From Desulfurococcaceae archaeon (GTDB lineage Archaea > Thermoproteota > Thermoprotei_A > Sulfolobales > Desulfurococcaceae): a DNA stretch of 64,000 nucleotides. The stretch is taken from contig JAWAJB010000001.1 in the NCBI GenBank assembly GCA_038888155.1, positions 64,001 through 128,000 of the forward strand, written 5' to 3'. The first letter of the stretch is position 1. Every line of letters begins with the position of its first letter. Below are positions 20,511 to 30,893 of the stretch, piece by piece. Below the pieces are notes generated by a model. That model was not told the DNA's origin. It made no database searches and saw only the letters and a list, made by a program, of their open reading frames with translations. The position numbers were made by a program, and so were the translations under genes.

Positions 20511-21149
20511 TTGAAGGAAGCTAGGCACTACATCAGCTTAATTGCTTGGTTGATTATTATACTTATTTTAATTCCTAATGCTATTGTTGACGCTCAGTGC
20601 TATGTGAACTCTAGTATATTGTTCTACGAATATGGGCAATCCTCGTGTCCTCACTGCACAAAACAGCATGATCTTTTTGTGCGGGAATTTCCTAGGAACA
20701 ACTTTTTCTGTGAAATAGATAAATACCGAGAGTGCGAATCGGCGTTTGCAGAGTTTGCACTAAGCGTAACAATAAATGTGACTGGCGTGCCTGTCCCGGT
20801 TCCACAGACTTTAGTCGTAAAAACAGTGGACAACGAGTACAATTTAATAGCCGTAGTAATCGGTGCTGTAACGGATAAATCTTTCTGGATTCAGTTGTCA
20901 TGCAGGGAGCCCAGCAACGAGGTGCCGATTTACTATGGAACTAACCAAGTCGGATCACTCTACATAAATGAAACGCTGTTCGCAAGTTTATTGAAGAAAC
21001 TCATTGTGTTTCCTCTGAGCCCTAGCAGCGGGTCAAGCGCGATATTTATTCAAGCCCTCCTTATAGCTGCAATTTTAATTGGGGGGATAGGAGGATACGT
21101 AGCCTATATTTACCTTAGGAGAGGAAAACATAAAGGGAAAATTAGATAG
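20511..21149 (+). CDS. Exported, C-terminally anchored thioredoxin-fold protein
   Basis: N-terminal hydrophobic signal, FYEYGQSSCPHC, cis-Pro-like VPQT, C-terminal TM helix with basic tail. TTG 20511 follows GGGGA (track start 20472). Confidence 0.65.
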   Translation: MKEARHYISLIAWLIIILILIPNAIVDAQCYVNSSILFYEYGQSSCPHCTKQHDLFVREFPRNNFFCEIDKYRECESAFAEFALSVTINVTGVPVPVPQTLVVKTVDNEYNLIAVVIGAVTDKSFWIQLSCREPSNEVPIYYGTNQVGSLYINETLFASLLKKLIVFPLSPSSGSSAIFIQALLIAAILIGGIGGYVAYIYLRRGKHKGKIR

Positions 21150-21436
21150 GGAATTTTGCGCTACTTGTTGCGGCGTAACCTACAATGTTATGGTCACTCA
21201 TTTAGGTGTTACTGTAAAAGGTTTAGCAATATCTTTAACAACTTTCTCAATGTTTCTCCCTAATTGATTTAAGGAAAAATAGAAGTAGTTGCCTCTAAGA
21301 AAATAAAACAAATACTTGCAACTCTCTAACCAAATCTCTAATATAATTGAGGTCAACGTCACATTTACAAATACTGCGACTTCATCCCCAGTAAAGGAGA
21401 AAAAAGATATATAATAGAGATGTTTCATTACGTTGC

Positions 21437-22072
21437 GTGGGGATTTTTACGAGCGGGTCTGATGTAGGAAGTTCTCTAAGCAGAGTAATAGTTTATGCTA
21501 TATTAATTGCCATTATCATGGGAGTTCTCCAGTGGTTTTTCACCCAGGGAGTTGAGTTGATTGCGTCAACAACGGGGATTCAGGGAGTTTTAATCGCAAA
21601 GGACTACGCTCCATACGTATACATCATAGTTCTACTTGCTCTTGGTTGGCTTGTGTTAAACTCCATTGCTTCATTATTTTATGCTATGCTTAAACCCAAG
21701 TACGGCGTGTCAACAGCATCTGCAATTAGAAGTATGATCAGAATAATTGGCCTGGGTGCACTTTTAGCAGGCATAGCTGGCGGCGTTGCAGGCGGAGCAG
21801 CGGGCGTGGCCCTAGGCGGTTTCATAGGCCTAGTTATAGGTTTCGCCACACAGCAGGTGTTAGGACAGGCTATTGCGGGCATGTTCATACTGCTTACACG
21901 TCCATTTAAAATCGACGACATTGTAGATGTTGCAGGAGAGACTGAAGTTAAGGTCAAGGATATATCTACCCTATTTACAATTGTTGAGAGAAAAGACGGC
22001 TTTGAAGTATTGGTCCCAAGTTCTATGATCATCGGTCAGAAAATAGTTATCAGGAAAAGAGGACCTCAATAG
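21437..22072 (+). CDS. Small-conductance mechanosensitive channel (MscS family)
   Basis: Gly/Ala-rich pore helix, IGFATQQVLGQAIAG, RPFKIDDIV, VKDI, DGxEVLVPSS. Confidence 0.88.
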   Translation: MGIFTSGSDVGSSLSRVIVYAILIAIIMGVLQWFFTQGVELIASTTGIQGVLIAKDYAPYVYIIVLLALGWLVLNSIASLFYAMLKPKYGVSTASAIRSMIRIIGLGALLAGIAGGVAGGAAGVALGGFIGLVIGFATQQVLGQAIAGMFILLTRPFKIDDIVDVAGETEVKVKDISTLFTIVERKDGFEVLVPSSMIIGQKIVIRKRGPQ

Positions 22073-22135
22073 TACCTTAACCAAAACTAAATATTTTTTG
22101 AAGGGCTTAATTAAGCTTCCTTAATTACTTTTGTT

Positions 22136-23545
22136 ATGGTAAGTAAAATGACTCTAAGCGATGTTGGGAATACATTAGAGAAAATTACCGATATGCTACA
22201 AGAAGATAAACTGGCTGAAGTCTCGGAGATCTTAAGGCAAATGGCTCCACACGAGATCGTAGAGATACTGCTAAGGCTCAGCCCAAATGATAGAAAGCGC
22301 ATATTTTCACTAATAAGCCTTGAGATGATCATAGACGAGTTGGCAAAGCTGCCCGCAGAGATTGTCCACGAGATAACGTCAATTAAGGGCACAGATGATC
22401 TCGTGAAGATCATTCAACGCCTGCCTGTAGATGAGGCAGCAGATTTTTTAATTAAGCTCCCCCCGCGAATAAGGCTTACCGTGCTTAGATCTCTACCAAA
22501 GGAAATTGCGCACACTATAGCTAGGTTGATGAAATTCCCGCCCGAGAGTATTGGAGGAGTTATGACAACAATGGTACCTGTTTTCACTGAGAACACTGCT
22601 GTAGGTGAAGCACTTGATGTATACATTCAGCGATCAAGGCTTGGGTTATATGAAAGTGGCAACTACGTATACGTAGTAGATGAGGAAGGTAGACTTGTAG
22701 GATACACCGATGTTAAAACGCTGCTCATGAAGCCTCGTAATGTAGAACTACGCAGATTCATGCTCCCAGTGAAAGTTGCAGTTACACCTTTTGAGGATAG
22801 AGAAAAGGCCGCCAAAGTAGCTATAAGCTACGACTTAATGGAAGTGCCCGTTGTGGACTTCGACCATAGGTTCATGGGGATTATTACGCTAGACGACTTG
22901 TTAGATGTAGTTGTAAGCGAGTACTCAGAAGACCTTTTAAAATATGCTGGTTACGCAGAAGCTGTGAAGGGAAATTATGTAACAGAAAATCCAGCTAAAT
23001 TGGCCTTAAAAAGGGCACCTGTTTTAATACTCTTATACCTAGTAAACTCTATTACTGGAACTATAATAGCATCGTTTGTCGATATTATTGAGAGAATGGC
23101 CTTACTAGCAGCATTTATGCCCATGCTTGCGGATAACTCTGGCAACATTGGCGCCCAATCTTCTGCTATAATCCTGCGTGGACTTGTCACAGGGGAAATA
23201 AAGCTCACAAAAAGAGATCTAACAATGATCCTGCTAAAGGAATTCACTTCAACAACTATTATGATCCTAATATTGTCGCCAGCGGCTTTTACAATAGGGT
23301 TTAGCATTGCTTTCCTTTCAAGTGGAGTTCTATCCTATTCCCTTAGAATAGCAATAATTGTGTCTACCGCTCTCATAGTTTCGTGCTTCGTTGCTGACCT
23401 CGTTGGGTCGCTTTTCCCAGTGCTCCTTTCTAAGTTTAAAATAGACCCTGCTACGGCATCTGCGCCAATGATAACAAGTATAGCCGATATTGCCACTGTT
23501 GCTATTTACTTTATAGTTGCTAGTGCATTATTTGCAACCCAGTGA
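22136..23545 (+). CDS. mgtE: Magnesium transporter MgtE
   Basis: N-domain, CBS pair (GGVMTT, VPVVD..GIITLDDL), FMPML..SGNIGAQS, DPATASAPMITSIAD. Confidence 0.93.
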   Translation: MVSKMTLSDVGNTLEKITDMLQEDKLAEVSEILRQMAPHEIVEILLRLSPNDRKRIFSLISLEMIIDELAKLPAEIVHEITSIKGTDDLVKIIQRLPVDEAADFLIKLPPRIRLTVLRSLPKEIAHTIARLMKFPPESIGGVMTTMVPVFTENTAVGEALDVYIQRSRLGLYESGNYVYVVDEEGRLVGYTDVKTLLMKPRNVELRRFMLPVKVAVTPFEDREKAAKVAISYDLMEVPVVDFDHRFMGIITLDDLLDVVVSEYSEDLLKYAGYAEAVKGNYVTENPAKLALKRAPVLILLYLVNSITGTIIASFVDIIERMALLAAFMPMLADNSGNIGAQSSAIILRGLVTGEIKLTKRDLTMILLKEFTSTTIMILILSPAAFTIGFSIAFLSSGVLSYSLRIAIIVSTALIVSCFVADLVGSLFPVLLSKFKIDPATASAPMITSIADIATVAIYFIVASALFATQ

Positions 23546-23659
23546 AGTGCATTGAGGCTATTATAGTAACCTTTTTAAGGGGGGCTATTATCCTGGGCAA
23601 CAAGCTGTGAAGGTATTAATGGTCCCTTTATATTAAATTAAAGAGAAGGTGCTTTTGCC

Positions 23660-24943
23660 TTGTTACTAGTACACACGAGCGACTTGCACGTAGGGGCAGA
23701 GGCGTTTGAAGGCACTCCATTACAGGAGGCGTTTTACAGAGTAATGGAGGAGATAGCCGAGATTTGTAAAGATAACAAAATAAAGTACCTAACTATTGCG
23801 GGCGATCTATTTGACATTGATAAACCAGCTTACGATGTTGTGCTTAGGACCATCAGTGTATTTAAGAGCCTTCGCGAAAGCGGAACAGAAGTCATTGTTG
23901 TACCAGGCAACCACGATAACTCGAGAAGAGGAGAGGGGGTTCTTAACGTACTTGCTGAAGCAGGATTAATACACCTATTAAGTTACAACGAGGAAATGGG
24001 GTTTTTGATATCGCACTCCAGAGCCTTCGATGAGGATAGAATTGTTTTCTACGGGATACCGGGCTTCAAGGGAGGCGGATCTCGGGAAATAGATTATGTA
24101 AAGCGCGCTCTCATCAGGTTCGATAACTTGTCAAAATATCGCGATTATTCTGCCGTAATATTGGCTCATTTAAGTACAAAATTTGCAGGCTATGACCCCT
24201 CGAAATATTACTGGAGGTACGGCAAACTTCACTTAGAACAGGAAGAGCTACTGAGAAGGTTGCCCTCAAACACTACTTACGTCGCACTTGGGCATATACA
24301 CTTACCTCTACCGTTAGACAGCTCTTTCAGGGGAAACATAGCTTACCCGGGGGCACCAATTGGAATAGATAGCAATGATTTGAGGGAAACCTTTGAACTA
24401 AGCAAGATTGGTATCTCAAGGCGCATACTGCTAGTGGATTTAGATCATGAGCCCCCACTAATAAAAGCTCTAAGGCTTAACTCAGCGCCACGAGTTTACT
24501 ACGCTAGCGTAGAGGCAAGGAGCACCGATGAAGTCAAAAACTATATCAAAATGGCTCTAGGTGAGTTAGGCGATGCAAAATACGGCGCATTAATATTGAG
24601 AGTGAAGGGAATTGAAAGGATTGATAGCGAAATAGAAAATTATAAAGCCGAAATCATGAGGAAGAATAACATGTTTATAAGCATAAAAACGACGCCTCAC
24701 GAGAACTATGAAAGCGCAACTCAGTATTTCCTGGTGGAAAACCCCATAAACATACAGGATGAACTCACCTTACCGGATATAGAGCTCAATGTACTAAGGG
24801 AAGTTGTTGAGAAGCGTAAACTGCCTCTATCTGTTGAGAAGTTTAAGTGGCTAATAGACAAACTGAGTAGGGGGACGTCTTTTACTACAGAGAAGCTATT
24901 AGAAGAGATCGTAAAAGAGTTAGTGGAAGTTATAAATGGCTGA
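23660..24943 (+). CDS. mre11: Mre11/SbcD nuclease
   Basis: Phosphoesterase motifs HTSDLHVG, AGDLFD, PGNHD, ALGHIH, YPG; in an operon with rad50. Confidence 0.9.
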   Translation: MLLVHTSDLHVGAEAFEGTPLQEAFYRVMEEIAEICKDNKIKYLTIAGDLFDIDKPAYDVVLRTISVFKSLRESGTEVIVVPGNHDNSRRGEGVLNVLAEAGLIHLLSYNEEMGFLISHSRAFDEDRIVFYGIPGFKGGGSREIDYVKRALIRFDNLSKYRDYSAVILAHLSTKFAGYDPSKYYWRYGKLHLEQEELLRRLPSNTTYVALGHIHLPLPLDSSFRGNIAYPGAPIGIDSNDLRETFELSKIGISRRILLVDLDHEPPLIKALRLNSAPRVYYASVEARSTDEVKNYIKMALGELGDAKYGALILRVKGIERIDSEIENYKAEIMRKNNMFISIKTTPHENYESATQYFLVENPINIQDELTLPDIELNVLREVVEKRKLPLSVEKFKWLIDKLSRGTSFTTEKLLEEIVKELVEVING

Positions 24944-26243
24944 AAGCATGGCCGCTGAGAGATTAATCGAGATCATTAGGCAGATAGTTAAAAGCATGAG
25001 GAGTGATTTCGCGTACTCTAGCAGTAAGGGCATTGTAAGGGATCGCGAGCAGGTCTACAGGGCGTTCTATAAAGTCTCCCCAATAAGTAGCTACCAAGAC
25101 AAACCCGTTATCTTTACTGACGCGGGTTTTCACAGCCTTGAGGCTGATGTTTCAAGCCTTATAGTTGTTAACGTTGGTGCACAGATAAGAAGAGAAAACG
25201 GTGTTTTACAGTCCTTATCGGATATTCTGGATTATCCTCCATATGAAACATATTTTATGTACGGCCGATTGGTACAGGAAAATGGTAGCCCGCTATTTTC
25301 CCTTCAAATTCTCCCACTCGATGAATGTCCACTTTTACTTAACGAGGAAAAAGCCGCCGAGGCATCTCGAGAAATCACGGAAATGCTGAACAGAGGGTAT
25401 AGGGGGGGTATTGACATAGAAAGATCAACCAAGTTGTTCAGGAAGTTCGTGAAATACACAGAAGGCCTCTTGGAGCTAGCTTACGCCCTGAAATTAGCTG
25501 AACAAGTCAGAGTGAATACTGTTAGCGTAGTTGATGGCACTCTCGCGAGGTGGTTCGGTGTTAAAGCTATTAAGTTCTTAGGCCTCGAGGGATTAGATAT
25601 TTTAATAGCGCTTACTGGGCTAAGCCGAGAGGCTCTCGTTTCAAGGCTTAGCAATATTTGTGGTCTCGTTAAAACTACGAAGTTTACCTCAGTAGCTAGA
25701 GCGAGATGGTTATTTAAAAACACTACAAAAAGTCCCTCGGGCCTGTACACCTATATCGATGAGGGGTCGGTAGAGAAGGCAGCTGAGCTGCTGAGCGATA
25801 TTCGGCGAAAGTATGGGGAGAAGAGCGCGCATGAAACAATATCTATTTTCAACAGAGTGATTCACGCAAAGTCAGGCATATACTCTACTAGGTTTCCCCT
25901 TACAACTGATGGCACCTTAATAATGCACCTTGAGCTTCACTCGAATAATCCCGTTATTGAGTATGATCAAACCAATAGAGAGATAAGAACTTATCCAAAA
26001 ACAGCTAATGAGTTAATGAAGCGAATTAATGAGTTTACTAGTAATATAACTGCTTATAGAACTCCAGAGGAGGGTTTACCACCTCACGGTTTCATGGAGG
26101 TTGATAGGCTCGTAAGGATTCCAAATAAGTTGTTTTTTGCGATTGAGGAACTTTTTAGGCATACAATAAGAGAAGAGACTGGAGAGATGGGTCACCCATT
26201 AGAATACCTTTTTGATGTCACTAGGAAAATGAGGCTGAGATAA
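24936..26243 (+). CDS. nurA: NurA-family 5'-3' nuclease (divergent)
   Basis: FTDAG and VVDGTL acidic motifs, ELAYAL, GLVKT, C-terminal GLPPHGFMEVDRLVRI; lies between mre11 and herA. Confidence 0.7.
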   Translation: MAESMAAERLIEIIRQIVKSMRSDFAYSSSKGIVRDREQVYRAFYKVSPISSYQDKPVIFTDAGFHSLEADVSSLIVVNVGAQIRRENGVLQSLSDILDYPPYETYFMYGRLVQENGSPLFSLQILPLDECPLLLNEEKAAEASREITEMLNRGYRGGIDIERSTKLFRKFVKYTEGLLELAYALKLAEQVRVNTVSVVDGTLARWFGVKAIKFLGLEGLDILIALTGLSREALVSRLSNICGLVKTTKFTSVARARWLFKNTTKSPSGLYTYIDEGSVEKAAELLSDIRRKYGEKSAHETISIFNRVIHAKSGIYSTRFPLTTDGTLIMHLELHSNNPVIEYDQTNREIRTYPKTANELMKRINEFTSNITAYRTPEEGLPPHGFMEVDRLVRIPNKLFFAIEELFRHTIREETGEMGHPLEYLFDVTRKMRLR

Positions 26244-26253
26244 TGGTGATCTT

Positions 26254-28323
26254 ATGATCAAAGTTGGGTCAGTTTCTGGCTGGGATAATGACATCGTAAA
26301 TATCGTAATACGCGGAGAGCTGTATAAGCCATCCTTTGGAGACTTATTATATACTTACGAGAAGCAGGACAAAGAACTCAGAGTACTATTAATGGAAGTA
26401 GTAGGGTTCACCGGACGAACACCAGTAGGATTAGTGCCGATGGAGACTGCCCCTGTACTAAATCGTGTGCAGGAAGAGGTTGTCATCAGGGCACGCCTAT
26501 TTTTAGAGATAATAAAGAAGGATAACGAAGCGATATTGGTGAAAGCCTCTAGGCCGCCTTCGATTATGAGCTCTGTTTACTTGATAAAGCGGCAGGATCC
26601 CGACTCAGAAGAAATAATGGAAGATATAAGTAAATTTAGCTACAGCAGGCGTGGGGGGAAATCAAGAGGAATAGGGGTAGTAGTGCTTCGTTCAGGTACA
26701 GCGCACAGCGAGAAGCTGGCCAAAGAGAGGTACTTTATGAGTGCGTCACTTAATCTTGATCTTGTCGAGATCCTTAGGAAGCACGTACTCGTCTCAGGCC
26801 AGACGGGATCAGGTAAGACTAGTGGAATGCAAGGACTAATACTGAAGTATGCCATGGAATCTGATGAGAAAATTGGCTGGCTAATAATAGATAGGCACGG
26901 CGAATATTCGCCTGCAGAAGGATATGTAAAAGATAAATTTATCGGTGTCTTAGTTGATAGCGTGAGGGCAAACCAAAACTTAAAGGACACAGGAATATTT
27001 GTTGCCAGGCTTTCTCGCAATCAGGTGAAAAAAGGCTTTGCTACCGTACCTGGGTTCCTTGACGTATGGGAAATGCCCCTGAAAGCGAGCAGCGTGAGTT
27101 TCTCCGATTTCGCAGCGCTTGGAGGGATTGATGCCGAAAAATTATCAATGCTAGAGGAGATATTTACAATACTCGCTGACGCTTTTAGAAACCTCAGCCT
27201 CGCCAAAAGTGAAAAGGCGAGCAGTAGCTCATTAACAAAGGACAGGCTAATCGCTGTTGGATTTGACAATTTATTCATACACGGGGACGACCCAGAGAAA
27301 GCTACCGCTAACATGATCGCACTATTCCCACTGCTCGTAGACAACATGATTAGATATGAGGGAATAGGGCTTCCGAGAGATCAGAAAAGCGGCCTTCACA
27401 GGCTTCTTGTCGATCGAGGTATAGATGCAAAAACTTCACGTATCTTGAGGAGAATAATACTGTCGATCATGGGATGGAGGACTAGGACGATTAATGTGCT
27501 AAAAGATAAAAGTGTTACAGTAATTGATGACTCGAAAAGCCTAATTAAAGTTTCCCCAACGCTAAAGGATGTAAATGAGCTCCCATGTCTACTTGAGGCG
27601 CTATCAACGTCGATAAGCAAAATGGAACCACAAGCTGGTCAAAAGAAAAATTACAAGTGGAGCGGCTTGTGTGACAAAGATATCCTTGAGGCTAAAGGCG
27701 AAGATGGACTAGATGCAGGCAAAGTTGTTGACTTGGTTGATAGCGGTAACATTGTAATACTAGACGTGTCCTCTCTAGATGCAATGCAAGCAGATTTAGC
27801 AGTGTTGACTATCGTTAGGAGAATATTTGAACACAGACTAGAACTGGGTGTAGAGGAGTCCGGCAAGAAGCCTGTTCTCGCCTTAGTATCTGAAGAGGCA
27901 CCACTATACCTAAGCCCAGGAAATGTTTCAGGTCAATACAATCCTTTTGCGAGGGTCGCTAGGGAGGGTAGAAAATTTGGAGTGGGGTTAGTAGCTATAA
28001 CGCAATTAGCCACCATAATTGAGAAGCAACTGCTAGCTAATTTCAATACACTAATTTTATTGAGGACTAGGAGCCGTAGCGACATAGAAATGTTCAGAGA
28101 TCTCGGTATCCCCGTTGAGACCCTACCATTCCTAGGGGACAGGGAGTGCTTTTTATACACGCCAGATCTCCCAATAAAAGAGTCAATACCCGCGTACTTG
28201 CCTCCATGGTTTGCCGAGGAGTACATTCGAGCTGTTGAACAGAGGCGGAGAGAGCTCGATAAAACAAAAATAGAGGTAGTCCCAGAGCTCTTGGAATCTT
28301 TGGAGTTAGGCGATAGGCCGTGA
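26254..28323 (+). CDS. herA: HerA/FtsK-like ATPase (helicase)
   Basis: N-terminal beta-barrel (HAS-like), KHVLVSGQTGSGKT, IIDRHGEY, VSEEAP Walker B, AREGRKFGVG, ITQ, NFNT. Confidence 0.88.
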   Translation: MIKVGSVSGWDNDIVNIVIRGELYKPSFGDLLYTYEKQDKELRVLLMEVVGFTGRTPVGLVPMETAPVLNRVQEEVVIRARLFLEIIKKDNEAILVKASRPPSIMSSVYLIKRQDPDSEEIMEDISKFSYSRRGGKSRGIGVVVLRSGTAHSEKLAKERYFMSASLNLDLVEILRKHVLVSGQTGSGKTSGMQGLILKYAMESDEKIGWLIIDRHGEYSPAEGYVKDKFIGVLVDSVRANQNLKDTGIFVARLSRNQVKKGFATVPGFLDVWEMPLKASSVSFSDFAALGGIDAEKLSMLEEIFTILADAFRNLSLAKSEKASSSSLTKDRLIAVGFDNLFIHGDDPEKATANMIALFPLLVDNMIRYEGIGLPRDQKSGLHRLLVDRGIDAKTSRILRRIILSIMGWRTRTINVLKDKSVTVIDDSKSLIKVSPTLKDVNELPCLLEALSTSISKMEPQAGQKKNYKWSGLCDKDILEAKGEDGLDAGKVVDLVDSGNIVILDVSSLDAMQADLAVLTIVRRIFEHRLELGVEESGKKPVLALVSEEAPLYLSPGNVSGQYNPFARVAREGRKFGVGLVAITQLATIIEKQLLANFNTLILLRTRSRSDIEMFRDLGIPVETLPFLGDRECFLYTPDLPIKESIPAYLPPWFAEEYIRAVEQRRRELDKTKIEVVPELLESLELGDRP

Positions 28324-30758
28324 GGATACTTGGAATATTCCTCGAGAACATTAGGAGCTACAAAAAGAACATTATTGTATTCCCCCATAGGGGCATTACA
28401 GTAATTCACGGGCCGAGCGGTAGCGGGAAAACAAGCCTACTTATGTCTATAAGCTACGCACTGTTTGGTATAGCTAGTGGTAGCATAAAGAGTCGCGACC
28501 TTTTTGAGGCATACGAGCACCCGCATGGAGCAGACTTATTGCGCGTAGATAGCACTAGAGGCAGAGTGCGCATCCTCATATCCGCTAGGGGAAGACTATA
28601 CGTTATAGAACGTTGGATTACAAAAGAGGGAAACAGCTTCGTCTCGAGGGGCGGTTTAATAGAAGAGTACACGGTGGACCAAAATAACCTTAGACTTGCA
28701 AGCAAGAGGCAATTTTCTTCGAGAATGGAAATCGATGAGTATATAGCTAGTATTGTTGGATTAAGGGAGAAATACAGGGAGAGGGGTAACCCTAAGCCAT
28801 TAGTATACCCCAGCGCGCTTTATGTTCCGCAGTTCAATGTGCATGAAGTGCTCCAACTGAGTGAAGAAGAGAGAAGAGAGATCGTCGAGAGGGCCTTGGG
28901 CTTAGATAAATACAAATTATTCCGGGTTAACTACGAAAAGATCTCAAAGGTACTTAATCAGAGGTTGAGAGAGGCGGAGATTAAAATCAGTGAAGTTTCC
29001 AAGAGGCTTAGGGAGAAAAACAGAGAAAGTATAATTAAAGAGAGAGAAAGGCTCCTAGCTGAGTACGAAAAAATGAACAGAGATAAAAATTTAATTGAAC
29101 TAGAATACAGGAGAGTTAAAGACGTAGACAGCAAACTACAGATTAGACTAAGAGAACTTGAGCTCAAGAGGCAGGAACTACTAAAAATACTCGATGAACA
29201 CGACAAGATAAGAAAAAACATAAGCGAGGTCAAGAGGAGAATATGTGACCTCTTTGAGCTCGGCTCATTAGATGAGGAGTTAACTGCAGTAGAGCGAATT
29301 AGGCGTGAATTGGAAACTAAGCTAAAAGAATTTGAAAGAAAAAAAGATCAGCTGGATGAGGGTTTAACCAGCATCGATAAAGAGGTTGAATATGTTGAGG
29401 GAGAGCTCAAGAGAATTAGAGAGGAGAGAATTAAACTAGAAAAATTCCTCTCTGAGCATGAAACCATGATTAAACTTAGCGAGCAAAGCTTGCGTGAACT
29501 TGAAAGTCAATATCGAGAGGTTGAGAGCATGATAGCGGGGGGCACCTGTCCCGTCTGTAAACAGCCTATACCTCATGAGCATGGATATAGGCTCTTAAAT
29601 GAGATCGGTGGTAAAATAAACTCCCAGAAAAGGCATATACATGCGCTAGAAGAACAAAAGAGCAGAGCTCTTGGCGAGGTCAGTGCACTGAAAGTCAGCG
29701 AGCTAGACCTAGAGAACAGGAGAAAAAGTCTATCATCAGAGAAGCAAAAGCTACTAAGAGCTCGAGACAACGTGCTCACAGAGTTGCGGAAACAATCCGA
29801 AAAACTAGGCGTTCTCGTAGAGCTAATTAATCAACTTCGCACCTTGAGGGAAGAGGTCAGCAAGATAAATGCTGAAACCGTCACAAAAGCGCTGACCGAG
29901 ATAGAGAACGACATCAACGCCGCTTTAAAAGAACTAAAATCAACGGAGCAGGAAGTTAAAGCCCTCATTGAGAAAAGGGAGGCTATTTCGAGGGAGATTG
30001 GTAGGATAGAGGAGGCTATTAAGATGTTAACTAAGGAGCTGGGTGAAATAGAGAAACTCAACGAGGAACTAAAGAAAGTGCAAGACGAAAAAGCAGTATA
30101 CGAGAAGTTAAATCAGGTACTCGATATAACATCTCAGATCGTTGGAGATGTAGAGAAAAAATTGCTCAAAGTGCTCGTAAGCGAGTTTAGGAGATATTTC
30201 TACGAGTACTTATCAATGTTAATTTATGATCAACCCATTGAAATTAATGTGTCCGACGACTTTAATGTAGTCCAAAAGATCAGAGTCGGTAGATCATCTT
30301 ATGGCGTGCCGTCCCTAAGCGGTGGACAAAATATTGCTATAAGCCTAGCATACCGTTTGGCACTAAATACTACAGTTAGGCAATACTCTTCTGCACTTAA
30401 AAGAAGCGTCCTAATTCTTGACGAGCCAACTACGGGGTTTAGCAATGAACTTGTAAGGCGGTTGAGAGATCTTTTGAGGAATTTGACCGGTCTCGAGGGC
30501 CAAATAATCGTAGTAACCCATGATGATACATTAATTGAGGCTGGAGACTGTAAAGTTACAGTAAAACTGGATCCAGCCGATCATAGAACAATCGCCGAGT
30601 ATACCGAGTGCACTATGCAAGAGACCTACAAGAAGATTGTAGAAGATATATTATCTGGAAGAATATCCGTACATCAAGTACAGCCTATCGAACTTGAACC
30701 CAGTTTTGAGCCAAAGGTGCAATCGACAAATGGGGAGTTAACCAATGCTGAGAAGTAG
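28320..30758 (+). CDS. rad50: Rad50/SbcC SMC-like ATPase
   Basis: LENIRSY, GPSGSGKT, Q-loop YVPQ, coiled coils, zinc hook CPVC, LSGGQ, ILDEPT, VTHD; GTGA overlap with herA. Confidence 0.93.
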   Translation: MRILGIFLENIRSYKKNIIVFPHRGITVIHGPSGSGKTSLLMSISYALFGIASGSIKSRDLFEAYEHPHGADLLRVDSTRGRVRILISARGRLYVIERWITKEGNSFVSRGGLIEEYTVDQNNLRLASKRQFSSRMEIDEYIASIVGLREKYRERGNPKPLVYPSALYVPQFNVHEVLQLSEEERREIVERALGLDKYKLFRVNYEKISKVLNQRLREAEIKISEVSKRLREKNRESIIKERERLLAEYEKMNRDKNLIELEYRRVKDVDSKLQIRLRELELKRQELLKILDEHDKIRKNISEVKRRICDLFELGSLDEELTAVERIRRELETKLKEFERKKDQLDEGLTSIDKEVEYVEGELKRIREERIKLEKFLSEHETMIKLSEQSLRELESQYREVESMIAGGTCPVCKQPIPHEHGYRLLNEIGGKINSQKRHIHALEEQKSRALGEVSALKVSELDLENRRKSLSSEKQKLLRARDNVLTELRKQSEKLGVLVELINQLRTLREEVSKINAETVTKALTEIENDINAALKELKSTEQEVKALIEKREAISREIGRIEEAIKMLTKELGEIEKLNEELKKVQDEKAVYEKLNQVLDITSQIVGDVEKKLLKVLVSEFRRYFYEYLSMLIYDQPIEINVSDDFNVVQKIRVGRSSYGVPSLSGGQNIAISLAYRLALNTTVRQYSSALKRSVLILDEPTTGFSNELVRRLRDLLRNLTGLEGQIIVVTHDDTLIEAGDCKVTVKLDPADHRTIAEYTECTMQETYKKIVEDILSGRISVHQVQPIELEPSFEPKVQSTNGELTNAEK

Positions 30759-30893
30759 TGTAAGCGGTATAAACAAACGGCTATTTAGAGGATCGATCTA
30801 ATTTCTATGTTAAACTAAAGGTTGTGTAAATATTTAATTTTTGGATGATCTTTGTAATTAAAGTTGGTCTAAACATCGTGTTTATAATACTTA

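Noticed and set aside
21198-21428. 76-aa minus-strand ORF in an intergenic region
   Set aside because: AT-rich, no motif, and it starts within the MscS promoter region; probably spurious.
28900-30150. Repetitive GAG/AAA/AGA-rich sequence
   Set aside because: Explained by Rad50 coiled-coil codons; not a DNA repeat or array.
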